From: Nitrospirales bacterium
Lineage (GTDB): Bacteria > Nitrospirota > Nitrospiria > Nitrospirales > UBA8639
Assembly (NCBI GenBank): GCA_963555755.3
Contig: OY820905.2
Coordinates: forward strand, 1,344,001 to 1,408,000
DNA: 64,000 bases
Direction of reading: 5' to 3'
The translations under genes and the position numbers were made by a program. Below, one piece after another: positions 31,684 through 41,808 of the stretch. Under the pieces are notes generated by a model. It had not been told where the DNA came from, did no database searches, and saw nothing but the letters and a program-made list of their open reading frames with translations. Every line of letters begins with the position of its first letter. The stretch's first letter is position 1.

Positions 31684-32667
31684 ATGCATTATCGAGTACT
31701 TGGAAAAACAGGGATTTCTATCTCAGAACTAGGCTTAGGGTGTGGCAGACTTGGTAAGAGTTTTTTTCTTGATAATAGAAAAGCTTCAGCCCGAATTCTT
31801 GAGGAAGCTTTTGAAAAAGGAATCAATTTTTTTGATACGGCACGTAATTATGGGTATGGTACTTCCGAAGAAGCCATTGGTCGCGCTTTTCGACATAATC
31901 GATCCAAAGTCATTATCGCATCAAAGGGAGGTTACCTCCCCTCAACCCTTGGGCGCTATGGGCGTCTGTTAACTCCCTTCATCATGCCTTTCCGTCGCCT
32001 GATCCAACCCTTGCGAAAGCCTCTCAAAGGAAAAACACAAAAAGTGGGTGATTACTCCCCTGCATATATTAAAAGGGCGCTTGAAGAAAGCTTGAAATCT
32101 TTGCAAACCGATTATATCGATATCTACCAACTTCACAGCCCCCCCCCTTCTGTCATAGAAAGTGGTGAAATATTTGAAACATTAGAGGCGTTTCAAAAAG
32201 AGGGAAAGATTCGTTTTTATGGCATCTCTGTTAAAAACCTGGAGGATGCGGTCTCTTGTATTAAAATTGGTAGGGTGGCAACCGTACAAGTTCCTTTTAA
32301 TCTTCTTGAGCGGGAAGCCGCAAAGGAAGTCTTTCCTCTGGCAAAAGAGAAAGGGGTTGGGGTGATTGTTCGCGTCCCTTTTGGGCGTGGCCTATTAACA
32401 AAAGATGAAAAAGTAAAAACAGGGCTGAAGGAAGGCAACAAAGCATTAAGAAAGGAAGCAGAAGAAGAAAAACAACGTCTGTCTTCTTTGTTGCATTTAG
32501 ACCAGACGAATTGGTCGGATGTCGCGCTTCAGTTTATTCTTGCACATCAAGAGGTATCAACCGTCATTGCTGGAACGATATCCCCATTACACTTGAAAGA
32601 AAATATTGCCGCAATCAAAGAAAACAAAATGTCCCAGCGGGAACGGGACCTCATTCATTCGCTCTGA
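31684..32667 (+). CDS. Aldo/keto reductase
   Basis: LGKTG, GINFFDTARNYG, LQTDYIDIYQLH, GKIRFYGIS. Confidence 0.93.
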   Translation: MHYRVLGKTGISISELGLGCGRLGKSFFLDNRKASARILEEAFEKGINFFDTARNYGYGTSEEAIGRAFRHNRSKVIIASKGGYLPSTLGRYGRLLTPFIMPFRRLIQPLRKPLKGKTQKVGDYSPAYIKRALEESLKSLQTDYIDIYQLHSPPPSVIESGEIFETLEAFQKEGKIRFYGISVKNLEDAVSCIKIGRVATVQVPFNLLEREAAKEVFPLAKEKGVGVIVRVPFGRGLLTKDEKVKTGLKEGNKALRKEAEEEKQRLSSLLHLDQTNWSDVALQFILAHQEVSTVIAGTISPLHLKENIAAIKENKMSQRERDLIHSL

Positions 32668-32675
32668 GAATCATT

Positions 32676-33560
32676 ATGGGTAAAGTTGCGATCATTATTT
32701 TAAATCTGGATAAAAAGGACGATCTCTTAGCATGCCTCAAGAGTGTCACGCAAATGGACCACCCCTCTTTTGAGGTAATTGTTGTGGATAATGCTTCCTT
32801 AGATGGATCCGTTAAAGCCGTGAATGAAAATTTTTCAAAGGTCCATCTTATCTGTAATGAAAAAAATTTTGGTGCTCCTGGTGGGCGCAATGTTGGTTTT
32901 GAATACGCACTCAAGCACATTGCTTTTGATTACGTCTTGTTTTTGGACAATGATGTGATTGTCACCCCTTCCTTTTTGAGCGAATTGATCCATGGCTTAG
33001 AAGCAAAAAAGGACGCCGGCATTGCAGGTGGAAAAGCTTATAGGGAATACCCTTCGAAAACAATCATGTCAACGGGTCTCGACGTCAATTTCTATACAGG
33101 TTGGGTGGGTGACATTGGAACAGGCCAACCCGATCGAGGACAGTTTGATGAACCGAAATATGTTCCCGCCTATGGCGCGTTTGGTTTATTGATTCGGAAA
33201 AACGCTCTACAAGATCTTAATGGGTTTGATGACCATTTTAATCCTTACGGCTGGGGAGAAGTCGACCTATGCTTGCGGGCAAAAAAGCTCGGGGTTAAAA
33301 CATGTTATGTGCCTCAAGCCATTATTTATCACAAAGGATGCAAAGTTGGCCGTGGCATCGTTCCCCATTACGAAAAGTACAAAACAAGAAACTACCTTTT
33401 TTTAATGCGAAGGCATGCCAAAGGGCCTCAGCTTGTCTGCATCTTTTTTGCAACCTTATTTCGAGGGACCCTCCGGCTCCTTTCCTTAATTTTTCGCGGT
33501 GATTTTGCAGTAATTGCCGCACACGTGGATGGGGTTTTTGCAGGCATTAAAAAGAAATAG
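32676..33560 (+). CDS. GT2 glycosyltransferase
   Basis: IVVDNASLDGS, GRNVG, FLDND, EVDLCLR. Confidence 0.92.
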   Translation: MGKVAIIILNLDKKDDLLACLKSVTQMDHPSFEVIVVDNASLDGSVKAVNENFSKVHLICNEKNFGAPGGRNVGFEYALKHIAFDYVLFLDNDVIVTPSFLSELIHGLEAKKDAGIAGGKAYREYPSKTIMSTGLDVNFYTGWVGDIGTGQPDRGQFDEPKYVPAYGAFGLLIRKNALQDLNGFDDHFNPYGWGEVDLCLRAKKLGVKTCYVPQAIIYHKGCKVGRGIVPHYEKYKTRNYLFLMRRHAKGPQLVCIFFATLFRGTLRLLSLIFRGDFAVIAAHVDGVFAGIKKK

Positions 33561-33561
33561 A

Positions 33562-35154
33562 ATGATGACCGATCAAATTATTCTCATTGCTGTTGATTCT
33601 GCCGAGCCATCCCTCGTTGAAAAGTGGGTTGCCGAAGGCAACCTTCCGACCATGGCTTCCCTTATGCAAAAAGGGACTTGGCAATGGTTGCGTTCGGATG
33701 CCGAAATCTCAAGCGGATCCACATGGGTTTCTCTCTTGACAGGAACTTCTCCCGCAAAACATGGCGCCAGTTTTACTCACCGACAATTTAAGTCCGGAAC
33801 TTACCAAATTCGAAAAATTTATGCCGATCAATTTCTTCGCGACCCTTTTTGGTTGCCCCTTTCACAGGCCGGTAAGCGCGTAGCAATTTTTGATTTTCCA
33901 AAATCGTACCCTCTTAAAGAAATCAACGGCATTCAAATCACAGGCTGGGGAACGGAAAGTCACAATTGTAAACCTGGCTCCGTCCCCGCTGAGAAATTTA
34001 GGGAAATCAATCGACGTTTTGGAAAACATCCTCTTGCTGATTGGTATCATGAAAGACCAAAAGATGTGAAAGGCTGGATTGAGCTGACGCAACAAATGAT
34101 AAAAGGGGCTAAACAACGAACGGACATCACCCACTGGCTTTTGGAGAAAGAAAGGTGGGACCTTTTTGCTGTTTGCTTCGCGGAAACTCATTGGGCAGGT
34201 CATTTCTTTTGGCAACTGATGGATGAGGCACACCCACAATATGACCCCGCTATTGCAAAAGATTGCCAAGAGCTTCTTTTAAAGGTGTATCAAGAAGTCG
34301 ACCGCGGCATTGAAAAAATAATCGCCTCTCGACCTGAAGCAACTTTTTTCATTCTCTCCAACACAGGCATGGGTCCCAACTACAGTGCCGTTCATTTAGT
34401 CTCTGATATTTTAGATCGTCTTGGTCTTGGAAATCAGAAAAAAAGGACAAAGAAAGAAAATTTTTCTTTCAAACTCCTTCCTCAAAAAAAGTGGGGATAC
34501 TTTGCTTTCAAAAAAATTGAATCCATTATTTCTATTCGTACGCTAAGTAAGATTCGAAAGCTCTTTCCCCAACGCCTGTGGAATACACTCGGTCGCCGTT
34601 TCTTAGAACTTGGAAATGATTGGAAAGATTGTCTTGCCTTTGCTGTGCCTGATGACTTTTCCGGAGCCATTCGTATTAATGTAAAAGGTCGCGAACCCAA
34701 TGGCCTTGTCGCCCCTGGAGAAGAATATAATCGTCTCTGCGATACGATTATTCAAGAATTTCGTGCTCTTGAAATTCCGGAAACAGGAAAGAAAGCGGTG
34801 GCCGATGTTTTTAAGGTAAGAGATCGTTGTCAGGGAGAAAATGTGGATGAATTACCGGATATTATTGTGATATGGCAAGCAGACGCTTTCATTGAATCCT
34901 TGCGTTCACCAAAAATCGGGACCGTCTCCGGGGAGTTTTTGGATGAGCGAAGCGGCGCCCACCGTGCTTATGGTTTTCTTCTGGCCTGCGGGCCAACCAT
35001 TCGATCCGGTGAAGTGATCAAAGAAGGCAATACCTTGGATATCGTCCCCACCCTCTTTCACATGTTCGGAGAACCCATCTCAAAAGATTGGGATGGAAAG
35101 GTGTTAGGCGATATCTTCGTGAAAAGGAAAAAGGAAAAGAAAAGGGTAGAGTAG
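33562..35154 (+). CDS. Type I phosphodiesterase/nucleotide pyrophosphatase (alkaline phosphatase superfamily)
   Basis: LIAVDSA, WVSLLTGTSPAKHG, IRINVKGREPNG, LDIVPTL; last codons and stop lie inside the intron end. Confidence 0.88.
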   Translation: MMTDQIILIAVDSAEPSLVEKWVAEGNLPTMASLMQKGTWQWLRSDAEISSGSTWVSLLTGTSPAKHGASFTHRQFKSGTYQIRKIYADQFLRDPFWLPLSQAGKRVAIFDFPKSYPLKEINGIQITGWGTESHNCKPGSVPAEKFREINRRFGKHPLADWYHERPKDVKGWIELTQQMIKGAKQRTDITHWLLEKERWDLFAVCFAETHWAGHFFWQLMDEAHPQYDPAIAKDCQELLLKVYQEVDRGIEKIIASRPEATFFILSNTGMGPNYSAVHLVSDILDRLGLGNQKKRTKKENFSFKLLPQKKWGYFAFKKIESIISIRTLSKIRKLFPQRLWNTLGRRFLELGNDWKDCLAFAVPDDFSGAIRINVKGREPNGLVAPGEEYNRLCDTIIQEFRALEIPETGKKAVADVFKVRDRCQGENVDELPDIIVIWQADAFIESLRSPKIGTVSGEFLDERSGAHRAYGFLLACGPTIRSGEVIKEGNTLDIVPTLFHMFGEPISKDWDGKVLGDIFVKRKKEKKRVE

Positions 35155-35249
35155 AGCACTGGTGCATACATGGAGCTGCTCTCGAACGCTTCGACGCACG
35201 CGTCTACCACGGACCATAGCAGTCAACAATTCCCAGCGCCCCCTCATCA

Positions 35250-37243
35250 GTAGGGTCGAGGACTGGCGCGCCAACGGTAGGGGTCGGTGGCTCCTCCACC
35301 CCTTTCGGAATGGGCCTCAGTCCGACTCCCCTGGTCACGGTTCCAGTCCCCGCCACCTCAAACCCGGCGTGCTGATTTCCAGCACCGGGCTTTCCTGGAT
35401 GCTTCACCTCAAGGGTTATGTGACCTATCAGCCTGGAAGGACTTTCATGCCGACCCGTTGTACCGCACTCGGTAATCTCCATATAAGCCAAGTACCGTGT
35501 AGAGCCAAACCTTACTCCACCTCTTCCAGCCAAAACCTCGACGGTGGCGCACTCGCATCATGTGCCGCCGGACCTTCCGCTCCACCCAATCCTTCACGTA
35601 GGAGAAACACCGACTCGCATGCCCAATCCGGAAGTAGTTCACCCAGCCCCGTACGATCGGATTGATCATGGCGATCATCCGTCCCACCGGCTGGGATTGC
35701 CCGCGTCGGAACACTTCCTTGAGCTTCCGCAGCAACGCGGTGCGCCGCTTCACCTTCGGTATGTACTGCGGGCGCCACACTCCACGCCGCGACCGCACAC
35801 GCCGAAAGTCAAAGCCCAGAAAGCCGAAGCTGCCTCCCTGACTCAGGTCCACGATCCGGCTCTTCGCCTCATTCACCTGAAGGTCTAATTGGGCCAACGC
35901 CTCTCGCAGCTTCCGCTCCGCAACCTGCGCCAGTTGTGCGTGGCGGCGATAGCCATCCACTAACACGACGAGGTCATCCGCAAACCGGACATACTCGAGA
36001 TACGTATACTGGCCCTGCCGGGTTGTCTCCTTCAGCTGCTCCAGCCTCTCATCCACTTCCGTGAGATAGAGGTTGGCCAGCAGCGGGGAAATCACACCCC
36101 CTTGAGGCACCCCACGCGGGCCGGACGCCTTGACGATGAGTTTCACCAGCCGCAGGATCGCGGGATCCTGGATGCGTCGGGCCACCTTCGCCAGCAGCCG
36201 GTCATGCCGCACCGTGTCGAAGAAGGCCGCCAGATCCACATCAATCACTCGCGTCTTGTTCTGCACCATCGCCTGAGCCACCCGGCCAATCGCCTGGTGG
36301 GCTGTCCGTTTCGGTCGATACCCATACGACCCATCACGAAAATCCGCCTCAAAGATCGGTTCCAGCAGGAGCTTGAGCGCTCCCTGTACCACGCGGTCCC
36401 GAATCGCGGGTATCCCTAAGACGCGGACTCGTCCACCGCCTTTCGAAATCTCCACGTGCCGGTTCCGCATCGGTCGGTAGGTCTGCGTGACCAGTTCGTC
36501 CCGTAGTCGTGCAAGAAAGGGCTCCACCCCCGTGGCCTCGATGCCAGCAAACGTCACCCCATCAATGCCGGGGGCTCCGTTGTTTTTCTTGGCCATCGAA
36601 TAGGCCGCGCGTAGCGTCGCCTCTTTGCACACGTGGACGTACAGGCCCCACACCCGCCATCGCTTCTCAGCCTTCGCCTTGACGTAGAGCCGCTGTCGCA
36701 GGTCTTGCAGTGTAATGGACGCCGTTGTCATCTCGTCCCTGCCTCCCATGTTGATCACAGCCTACAGCCAGTAGGGCTCCTTTGCTCCACAGGCATGACC
36801 CTGCTTCCTCGCTCCTACGAGCCCCTCCGCCACCCTCTCGTCTTCGGCTCACTTCCCAGAGAGCTGGTTATAGAGCCGATCTTCCTCCAGGGATTTCTCC
36901 CTGGGACGAGGAGGGCTTCTCCAGTTGCGTCGTCTGTCCTTGCTCCCGTGCTGTCGCTCTCACCCCGCCGGAGTGGCCAGGCGTCTCAGCCTTGGTTCGC
37001 CTGTCCATGCCGTCTTCGTCCTACGGACAGGGACTCGACCTCCGAGGTTTCATACTTTCGAGGCTACCTCTGCGTTCACTTGCGTTACGGCCCGGGAACT
37101 CGCTCACCATCCTCTACGATGGCTTTGTCGATGGGCTTCAGCGTCTCGGTTTCTCTCCACGCTGCCATCCAAGCTACAGGGCTCAGGCTCTTACCCTGGT
37201 GGGCTTGCTTCCCACTGAACAGTCTCGCCTTACCTGGACACAC
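35250..37243 (-). mobile_element. Inner group II intron encoding an RT/maturase
   Basis: 5' GUGUG at 37243; intact DV GGAAAGCCCGGUGCUGGAAAUCAGCACGCCGGGUUU; DVI ending CCCUAC at 35250. Confidence 0.9.
35445..36731 (-). CDS. ltrA: Group II intron reverse transcriptase/maturase without endonuclease domain
   Basis: GAPGIDG, RVLGIP, SYGYRP, PQGGVISPLL, FADD, FLGF, RGWVNYF. Confidence 0.95.
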   Translation of the reverse strand: MTTASITLQDLRQRLYVKAKAEKRWRVWGLYVHVCKEATLRAAYSMAKKNNGAPGIDGVTFAGIEATGVEPFLARLRDELVTQTYRPMRNRHVEISKGGGRVRVLGIPAIRDRVVQGALKLLLEPIFEADFRDGSYGYRPKRTAHQAIGRVAQAMVQNKTRVIDVDLAAFFDTVRHDRLLAKVARRIQDPAILRLVKLIVKASGPRGVPQGGVISPLLANLYLTEVDERLEQLKETTRQGQYTYLEYVRFADDLVVLVDGYRRHAQLAQVAERKLREALAQLDLQVNEAKSRIVDLSQGGSFGFLGFDFRRVRSRRGVWRPQYIPKVKRRTALLRKLKEVFRRGQSQPVGRMIAMINPIVRGWVNYFRIGHASRCFSYVKDWVERKVRRHMMRVRHRRGFGWKRWSKVWLYTVLGLYGDYRVRYNGSA

Positions 37244-37885
37244 AACCGTGCGTATAGTTTTCCCATACACGGCTTTCCGATGTTCTTCTTCCAGAGGCAT
37301 GCGTCTGTCATTAGCCAATAGCCAAATTCAGACTTGGCCTTCCGAGATAGTTTCCTCTGTAGTGTCCTGATCGTACTTGGGGTTGATAGCGCGATGGCAA
37401 TCCCCGGATCCTCCACTCGTCGAAAACGCGAACAAAGTAGGGTCCCTTCCCTCGGGCCGGGTTGTGTTGTCCCAGGCCCTCCAACGGTACTATGAACCCC
37501 TCCGACTCCCACGACGGCCCCTGACGATTTCGGTATCCCTTATACGTCGGGGTTGCTGGCTCTATCCCAGCACCGTCGCGGGTCTCCCGTCCTGCACGGT
37601 GTCTCTTCCACCACATGCCATCCCTGCTACCCCGGAAGATCCTGAGGGTGGGTGTTCGTTCTACTCCCTCAGACAGCGGCCTTCCCCTTCTGACCACAGG
37701 GTCGGCATCTCCAAATAAGTCACGAGGCTACGTCTAGGTTCGCTTGCGCTACGGCCTGCAGCTTTGCCCATGGGAAACTTCAACCCCTGATTACTCAGAC
37801 GCTGCTTCCCGGTGCTAGAAAGGTGTACGAACAACTCCTTTCGCGGGACTTTAACCCGCTAGACACACCGCCGATGACGGCATGC

Positions 37886-38077
37886 GGTCAAATCTTTGGT
37901 TGACTAAATAGTGTCTGAGAGAAAACGCAATCTCTAAGCCAGACGTGGAGTTTCGCAAAAGAAAAGGGGTCAAATCTTTGGTTGAAAAGGGGTCAAAAAG
38001 GGGTCAAATCTTTGGTTGACTAAATAGTGTCTGAGAGAAAACGCAATCTCTAAGCCAGACGTGGAGTTTCGCAAAAG
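37886..38077. repeat. Two 76-bp direct repeats separated by short AAAAGGGGTCAAA repeats
   Basis: 37886-37961 equals 38002-38077; GGGGTCAAA at 37966, 37989 and 38000. Confidence 0.9.
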
Positions 38078-38300
38078 TATGCTGGTGAATCTTTTGCCTT
38101 CTTGGGGAACAACCCCTGAAAACAGCGTGATTTTCGTGTAGAATGCCGCAACATTCACCCCATCATCTGGAGGATCGAGGCAATGCGGCAACGCTTTGAA
38201 CGGCAGTTGGAGTTAGGCCAGACCCCGATTGAGGAAGTCTTCATTCCCTCCAAGAGTCGGGATGAACCCCTTGAATTCAAGTAGCAAGTGCAATTCTTTC

Positions 38301-39278
38301 TCAAATAAGTGGGACGAAGAGATTGTTGAAGAGTTGGTTGGGGGTTCGATACCCTCGTGTTTTTCTTGGACGATTATTGAGGAGGTCGACGGCCTCAGTC
38401 ACCTGTTGCCAGGAGATCGTCCGAAAATCGGTTTGCTTGGGGAAAAACTGTCGAAGGAGTCCGTTGGTGTTTTCATTGATGCCTCGCTCCCAGGAGGAAT
38501 AGGGATGGGCAAAATAGGTCGTGGCCTCAAGGGCGCGGGCAATTCGTTCATGTTTCACAAACTCTGAGCCATTATCAAAGGTGAGGGTCTTCACACGCGC
38601 TTTGAAGGGGCGAAGGAGTCGGATAATGGCGTGACTCACCACGTGGGCTGACCGGCTCAAGACTCGAGAGCAGACCGTATACAATGAGGCTCGGTCCACC
38701 ACCGTCACCAGCACGCTTTTTCGATCTTTCCCAATTACCGTATCACACTCCCAATCCCCGAGGCGTTCTTTCTTGTCCACTTCTTGGGGACGCTCCGTGA
38801 TCGAAATGCGATTGGGAATACAGGAGGCGCGGGCTCCCGAGCCATATCGCTTGCGGCGATGGCGCCCCCCTTGACGAAGAAACGGTTGCAATTCCGCTTT
38901 TCGGGTGACATCACTGTAGATGAACCGATAAATCGTTTCGTGACTGAGGCTGAGAGCATGATGCTGTTTGAGATACCCACTGACTTGCTCCGGGCTTAAG
39001 TATTGCCGCACGAGCTGCGTGATCAATTGCGCGTGTTCATCCGTGAGCGTGCGAGACTTCTGTCGATTCGCGTCGTGTTTTCGATGCTTCACGATCTGCT
39101 TGGCCCAGTGATAGGTATACACATGACACTGCGGATAGGTATTCCGTTTGAGTTCTCGACTGACTGTTGAGGGGTGACGGCCAAGGGCCTCAGCAATCTG
39201 CTGTTGTGTATTCCCTTCTCGTCGCGCTTGCCAGATGTAAAACCGTTCTTCGTTGCCTAGGTGTTGGTAGTGTTTCAT
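38301..39278 (-). CDS. IS30-family transposase
   Basis: HPSTVSRELKRN, GDWECDT, TFDNGSEF, WERGINENTNGLLRQFFPK. Confidence 0.95.
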   Translation of the reverse strand: MKHYQHLGNEERFYIWQARREGNTQQQIAEALGRHPSTVSRELKRNTYPQCHVYTYHWAKQIVKHRKHDANRQKSRTLTDEHAQLITQLVRQYLSPEQVSGYLKQHHALSLSHETIYRFIYSDVTRKAELQPFLRQGGRHRRKRYGSGARASCIPNRISITERPQEVDKKERLGDWECDTVIGKDRKSVLVTVVDRASLYTVCSRVLSRSAHVVSHAIIRLLRPFKARVKTLTFDNGSEFVKHERIARALEATTYFAHPYSSWERGINENTNGLLRQFFPKQTDFRTISWQQVTEAVDLLNNRPRKTRGYRTPNQLFNNLFVPLI

Positions 39279-39295
39279 ACGTGCCGTTCCTCCGG

Positions 39296-41143
39296 CGGAT
39301 CTTCCCCCGAGTTTTGGGCGGATTTTTGGCTCTAACCTTTTGATGTCATTAAAGAAGTCACGGTTTGGGCGAGGCCACGTCTCTGCCTACACATGCACCT
39401 TGGCTGGCCGTGTGGTGGTGGCAGGCGGGGTGATCCCCAATGCGGCAAAGATGGTTGCCTGCCTAGCATCGGGGCGAGCCAGCTGAAGCACCTCCTGCCC
39501 GCCGATTGCATGGCGTTGGAAACACAATCGTGACAGGGCCCCCAGGGCGTCTTGAAGGGTCAGCGCCTGGGCGCTCTGCTCCGTCGTCCCAAACGCCTCC
39601 TTCAGGCCTCGCTCGCCTTCCCGGGCCACTTTCAGGGCGAGCATCGCGGCAAAGACATGGCCACGCGTGCGGCTCTCCTTCCGCACAAAGATGGGGCGCA
39701 GTTCGAGCAAGCCCGTCTTCATCGTCCGGAAGTCGCGTTCCACCCGTTGCAGGTCCCGGTACCGGGCATCCACCGTCGCGGCATCCATCGTGTCCCGAGC
39801 CACATCGGTTTCCAGCACCGAACAGCCATCCAACAGGGCCGCCTCGGCCTGCTTGGCCTCATCAATCTCGACCACAAGCTGGGTCCCCTGCAGGGCGAGG
39901 GTGGTGAAGGCGGAGAGCTTGTGCTTCTTGGCCCACTGGGTCAGCTGCCGCTGTCCCGCCGCCGGGGTGGCCCGCTTGGCCGTCTGAACAAACGCATTGC
40001 GCGCCGCGACCTTCTGCTGCAGTGTGGCCACTTTGTCCTGACGTCGCGTGGCCACCGTGTGGCGCAACGCCTCATTCCGCCGCAGGATCAGCCGACGAGA
40101 CCCATCCTCCACTTCCTGTATCGTCTCATCAAACAAATTGAGTTGGAGCACATCTTTCTTCAGCAAGGTGCGAATCTGCGGGTCAGTGAGGGCGGTGAGG
40201 TACTTGAGTCCCTGCTCGGTGAGGGCCGCCTTGCCTGCGGCTTTCACCATCCCCCGATCCCCCACACACACGACGTCGGTGATCTTGAACTGGGTCTTGA
40301 TCCGTTCAATCTGCTCGGCGACCGTGCGGGGATCCGCCGTATTCCCCTTGAACACCGTGACGGCCAGCGGCTCACCATCCGGCCCTGTCAGCAAGCCAAT
40401 GACAATCTGCTTCTTGTGCTTCTTGCCGTCCCGGTTATACCCATAGGCGGCCAGTTCATTCTTGTCCCCCTCAAAATAGGAGGAGGTCACGTCATAGAGC
40501 ACCAAGACCGGTGGCTGGCCGGTCCGCTGGACAGAGGCCCGATACAGTTTCTTCTCGATGGCTTCTTGTTGGGTGCCCAACCAGTCTAAGGCCTCGTACA
40601 GGTCATTCTCGTCAAAGGCGGGCAATCCCAACACCTCAGCGACCGCATGATCGGTGGCCCACCGCACGGCTGACAGCCGCGAACCCTGATGAGCCACTCG
40701 TGCCAGCACCAGGAACAGGGCGAGCTTGGCTACTCGTTTCGGACCCAAGGCCGACACCACTCCCACCCGTTGGGCCACCGCTTTCAGGGCGAAGAGGACG
40801 CCAAAGATCCGATCACTCACGGGGCCCGCCTCGTCTTCCGTTCCATCGAAATCCCCACGGAGGCAGCGCTTGAGCGCGTCTACGCGAGCCGGAGGCCACG
40901 AGGTCAGATTGGCCAGGGTCCGGGTCTTCACCTTGCCGCCCGCTCGGTAGCTTTCGCGCAATAAAATGGCGGGCGGGGAGGTGCGGTTAGGAACGGTGGC
41001 GATATACATGCTTTATGTATAGCATAAATAAAGCATTATAGTCAAGATAAAACAACAATTACATGCCTACATTCCAGAGAGCAATCCAATCTTTCCCTGA
41101 AGAATTCCAACAGCTTAGGTGGCAAACATGGGGGGAAGATCCG
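39296..41143 (-). mobile_element. IS1634-family insertion sequence
   Basis: TIR CGGATCTTCCCCC; 5-bp TSD TCCGG at 39291-39295 and 41144-41148. Confidence 0.93.
39387..41009 (-). CDS. IS1634-family transposase
   Basis: LYDVTSSYFEG, GYNRDGK, VGDRGM, VERDFRTMK. Confidence 0.93.
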   Translation of the reverse strand: MYIATVPNRTSPPAILLRESYRAGGKVKTRTLANLTSWPPARVDALKRCLRGDFDGTEDEAGPVSDRIFGVLFALKAVAQRVGVVSALGPKRVAKLALFLVLARVAHQGSRLSAVRWATDHAVAEVLGLPAFDENDLYEALDWLGTQQEAIEKKLYRASVQRTGQPPVLVLYDVTSSYFEGDKNELAAYGYNRDGKKHKKQIVIGLLTGPDGEPLAVTVFKGNTADPRTVAEQIERIKTQFKITDVVCVGDRGMVKAAGKAALTEQGLKYLTALTDPQIRTLLKKDVLQLNLFDETIQEVEDGSRRLILRRNEALRHTVATRRQDKVATLQQKVAARNAFVQTAKRATPAAGQRQLTQWAKKHKLSAFTTLALQGTQLVVEIDEAKQAEAALLDGCSVLETDVARDTMDAATVDARYRDLQRVERDFRTMKTGLLELRPIFVRKESRTRGHVFAAMLALKVAREGERGLKEAFGTTEQSAQALTLQDALGALSRLCFQRHAIGGQEVLQLARPDARQATIFAALGITPPATTTRPAKVHV

Positions 41144-41356
41144 TCCGGTGACATGGATTGGTTCAGCCCCTCATCCTACCCAATTCGGGTGGCGAGAGAA
41201 ATTGCACTTATTGTATGAATCCGCGCCCTCACACACCCCAAAGAGTGGGCTATTCCAGGTCACTGTCCAGCCTGAGCTGGTGGCGCTCCCCTTCGGCCCA
41301 CGTTCTGCTGTGGTCATGCTCATTCCACGAATTGGGCTCCGGAGAATTCCCCTGTT

Positions 41357-41659
41357 TTGGTCTCGTTTATCTCGCCGTTTCGAAGTGAGCGGGAAATGGC
41401 TCGCCTCATGGTAGAAGATGGGGAATTTCTGGAGGTGTTTATCGACACCCCCCTGGTAGAGTGCGAACGTCGCGATGTGAAGGGTCTCTACAAAAAAGCC
41501 CGAGCCGGTGAACTCAAAAACTTTACAGGTATCGATTCCCCCTATGAACGTCCGGAAGACGCAGAAGTCATCATTCATGGGGAACAGGAGACGGTAGAAC
41601 GGGCGGCCTTAATCATCGTCAATGAAGTGGAGCGGAAGAGGCTCTTGTCACATGGCTGA
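41357..41659 (+). pseudogene. cysC: Adenylyl-sulfate kinase C-terminal fragment
   Basis: [33 protein letters not shown]-loop N-terminus missing. Confidence 0.88.
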
Positions 41660-41808
41660 TGGAACCCTGTTCATTCAGCATTGCAGATTTCTGGAGGGTT
41701 CTCAAACTATGGGACCGTTGAATATTTCACGCCGATGACCCATACATCCTCGTAAGGAGATCGACATCATCAACGGGAGGGAATGTTTAAATAGAACGTC
41801 GGAAGATC

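Larger units (their letters stand above)
35146..37885 (-). mobile_element. Outer group II intron with internally deleted ORF; domain V interrupted by the inner intron
   Basis: 5' GCAUGCCGUCAUCGG, 3' CUCUAC; split DV GGAAAGCCGUGUAUGGGAAAACUAUACGCACGGUU|UGAUGAGG; EBS1-like GGUCAGA (37689-37695) pairs with 5' exon UUUGACC; removal restores AAAAGGGGTCAAATC. Confidence 0.82.
38270..41225 (-). mobile_element. IS30-family element interrupted by IS1634 (ends approximate)
   Basis: Imperfect TIRs GAATTCAAGTAGCAAGTGCAATT / GGATTCATACAATAAGTGCAATT. Confidence 0.8.

Noticed and set aside
35445..36731. Retron, DGR or CRISPR-associated RT
   Set aside because: It has a maturase-type C-terminus and is flanked by group II intron DV/DVI and a GUGUG 5' end.
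36633..37718. Long ORFs on both strands of the intron RNA domains
   Set aside because: GC-rich structured RNA gives open frames; only the short intron-protein stub looks real.
37886..38077. CRISPR-like array
   Set aside because: The units are contiguous duplications without unique spacers.
39506..40964. Plus-strand ORFs inside IS1634
   Set aside because: Antisense shadows of the GC-rich transposase gene.
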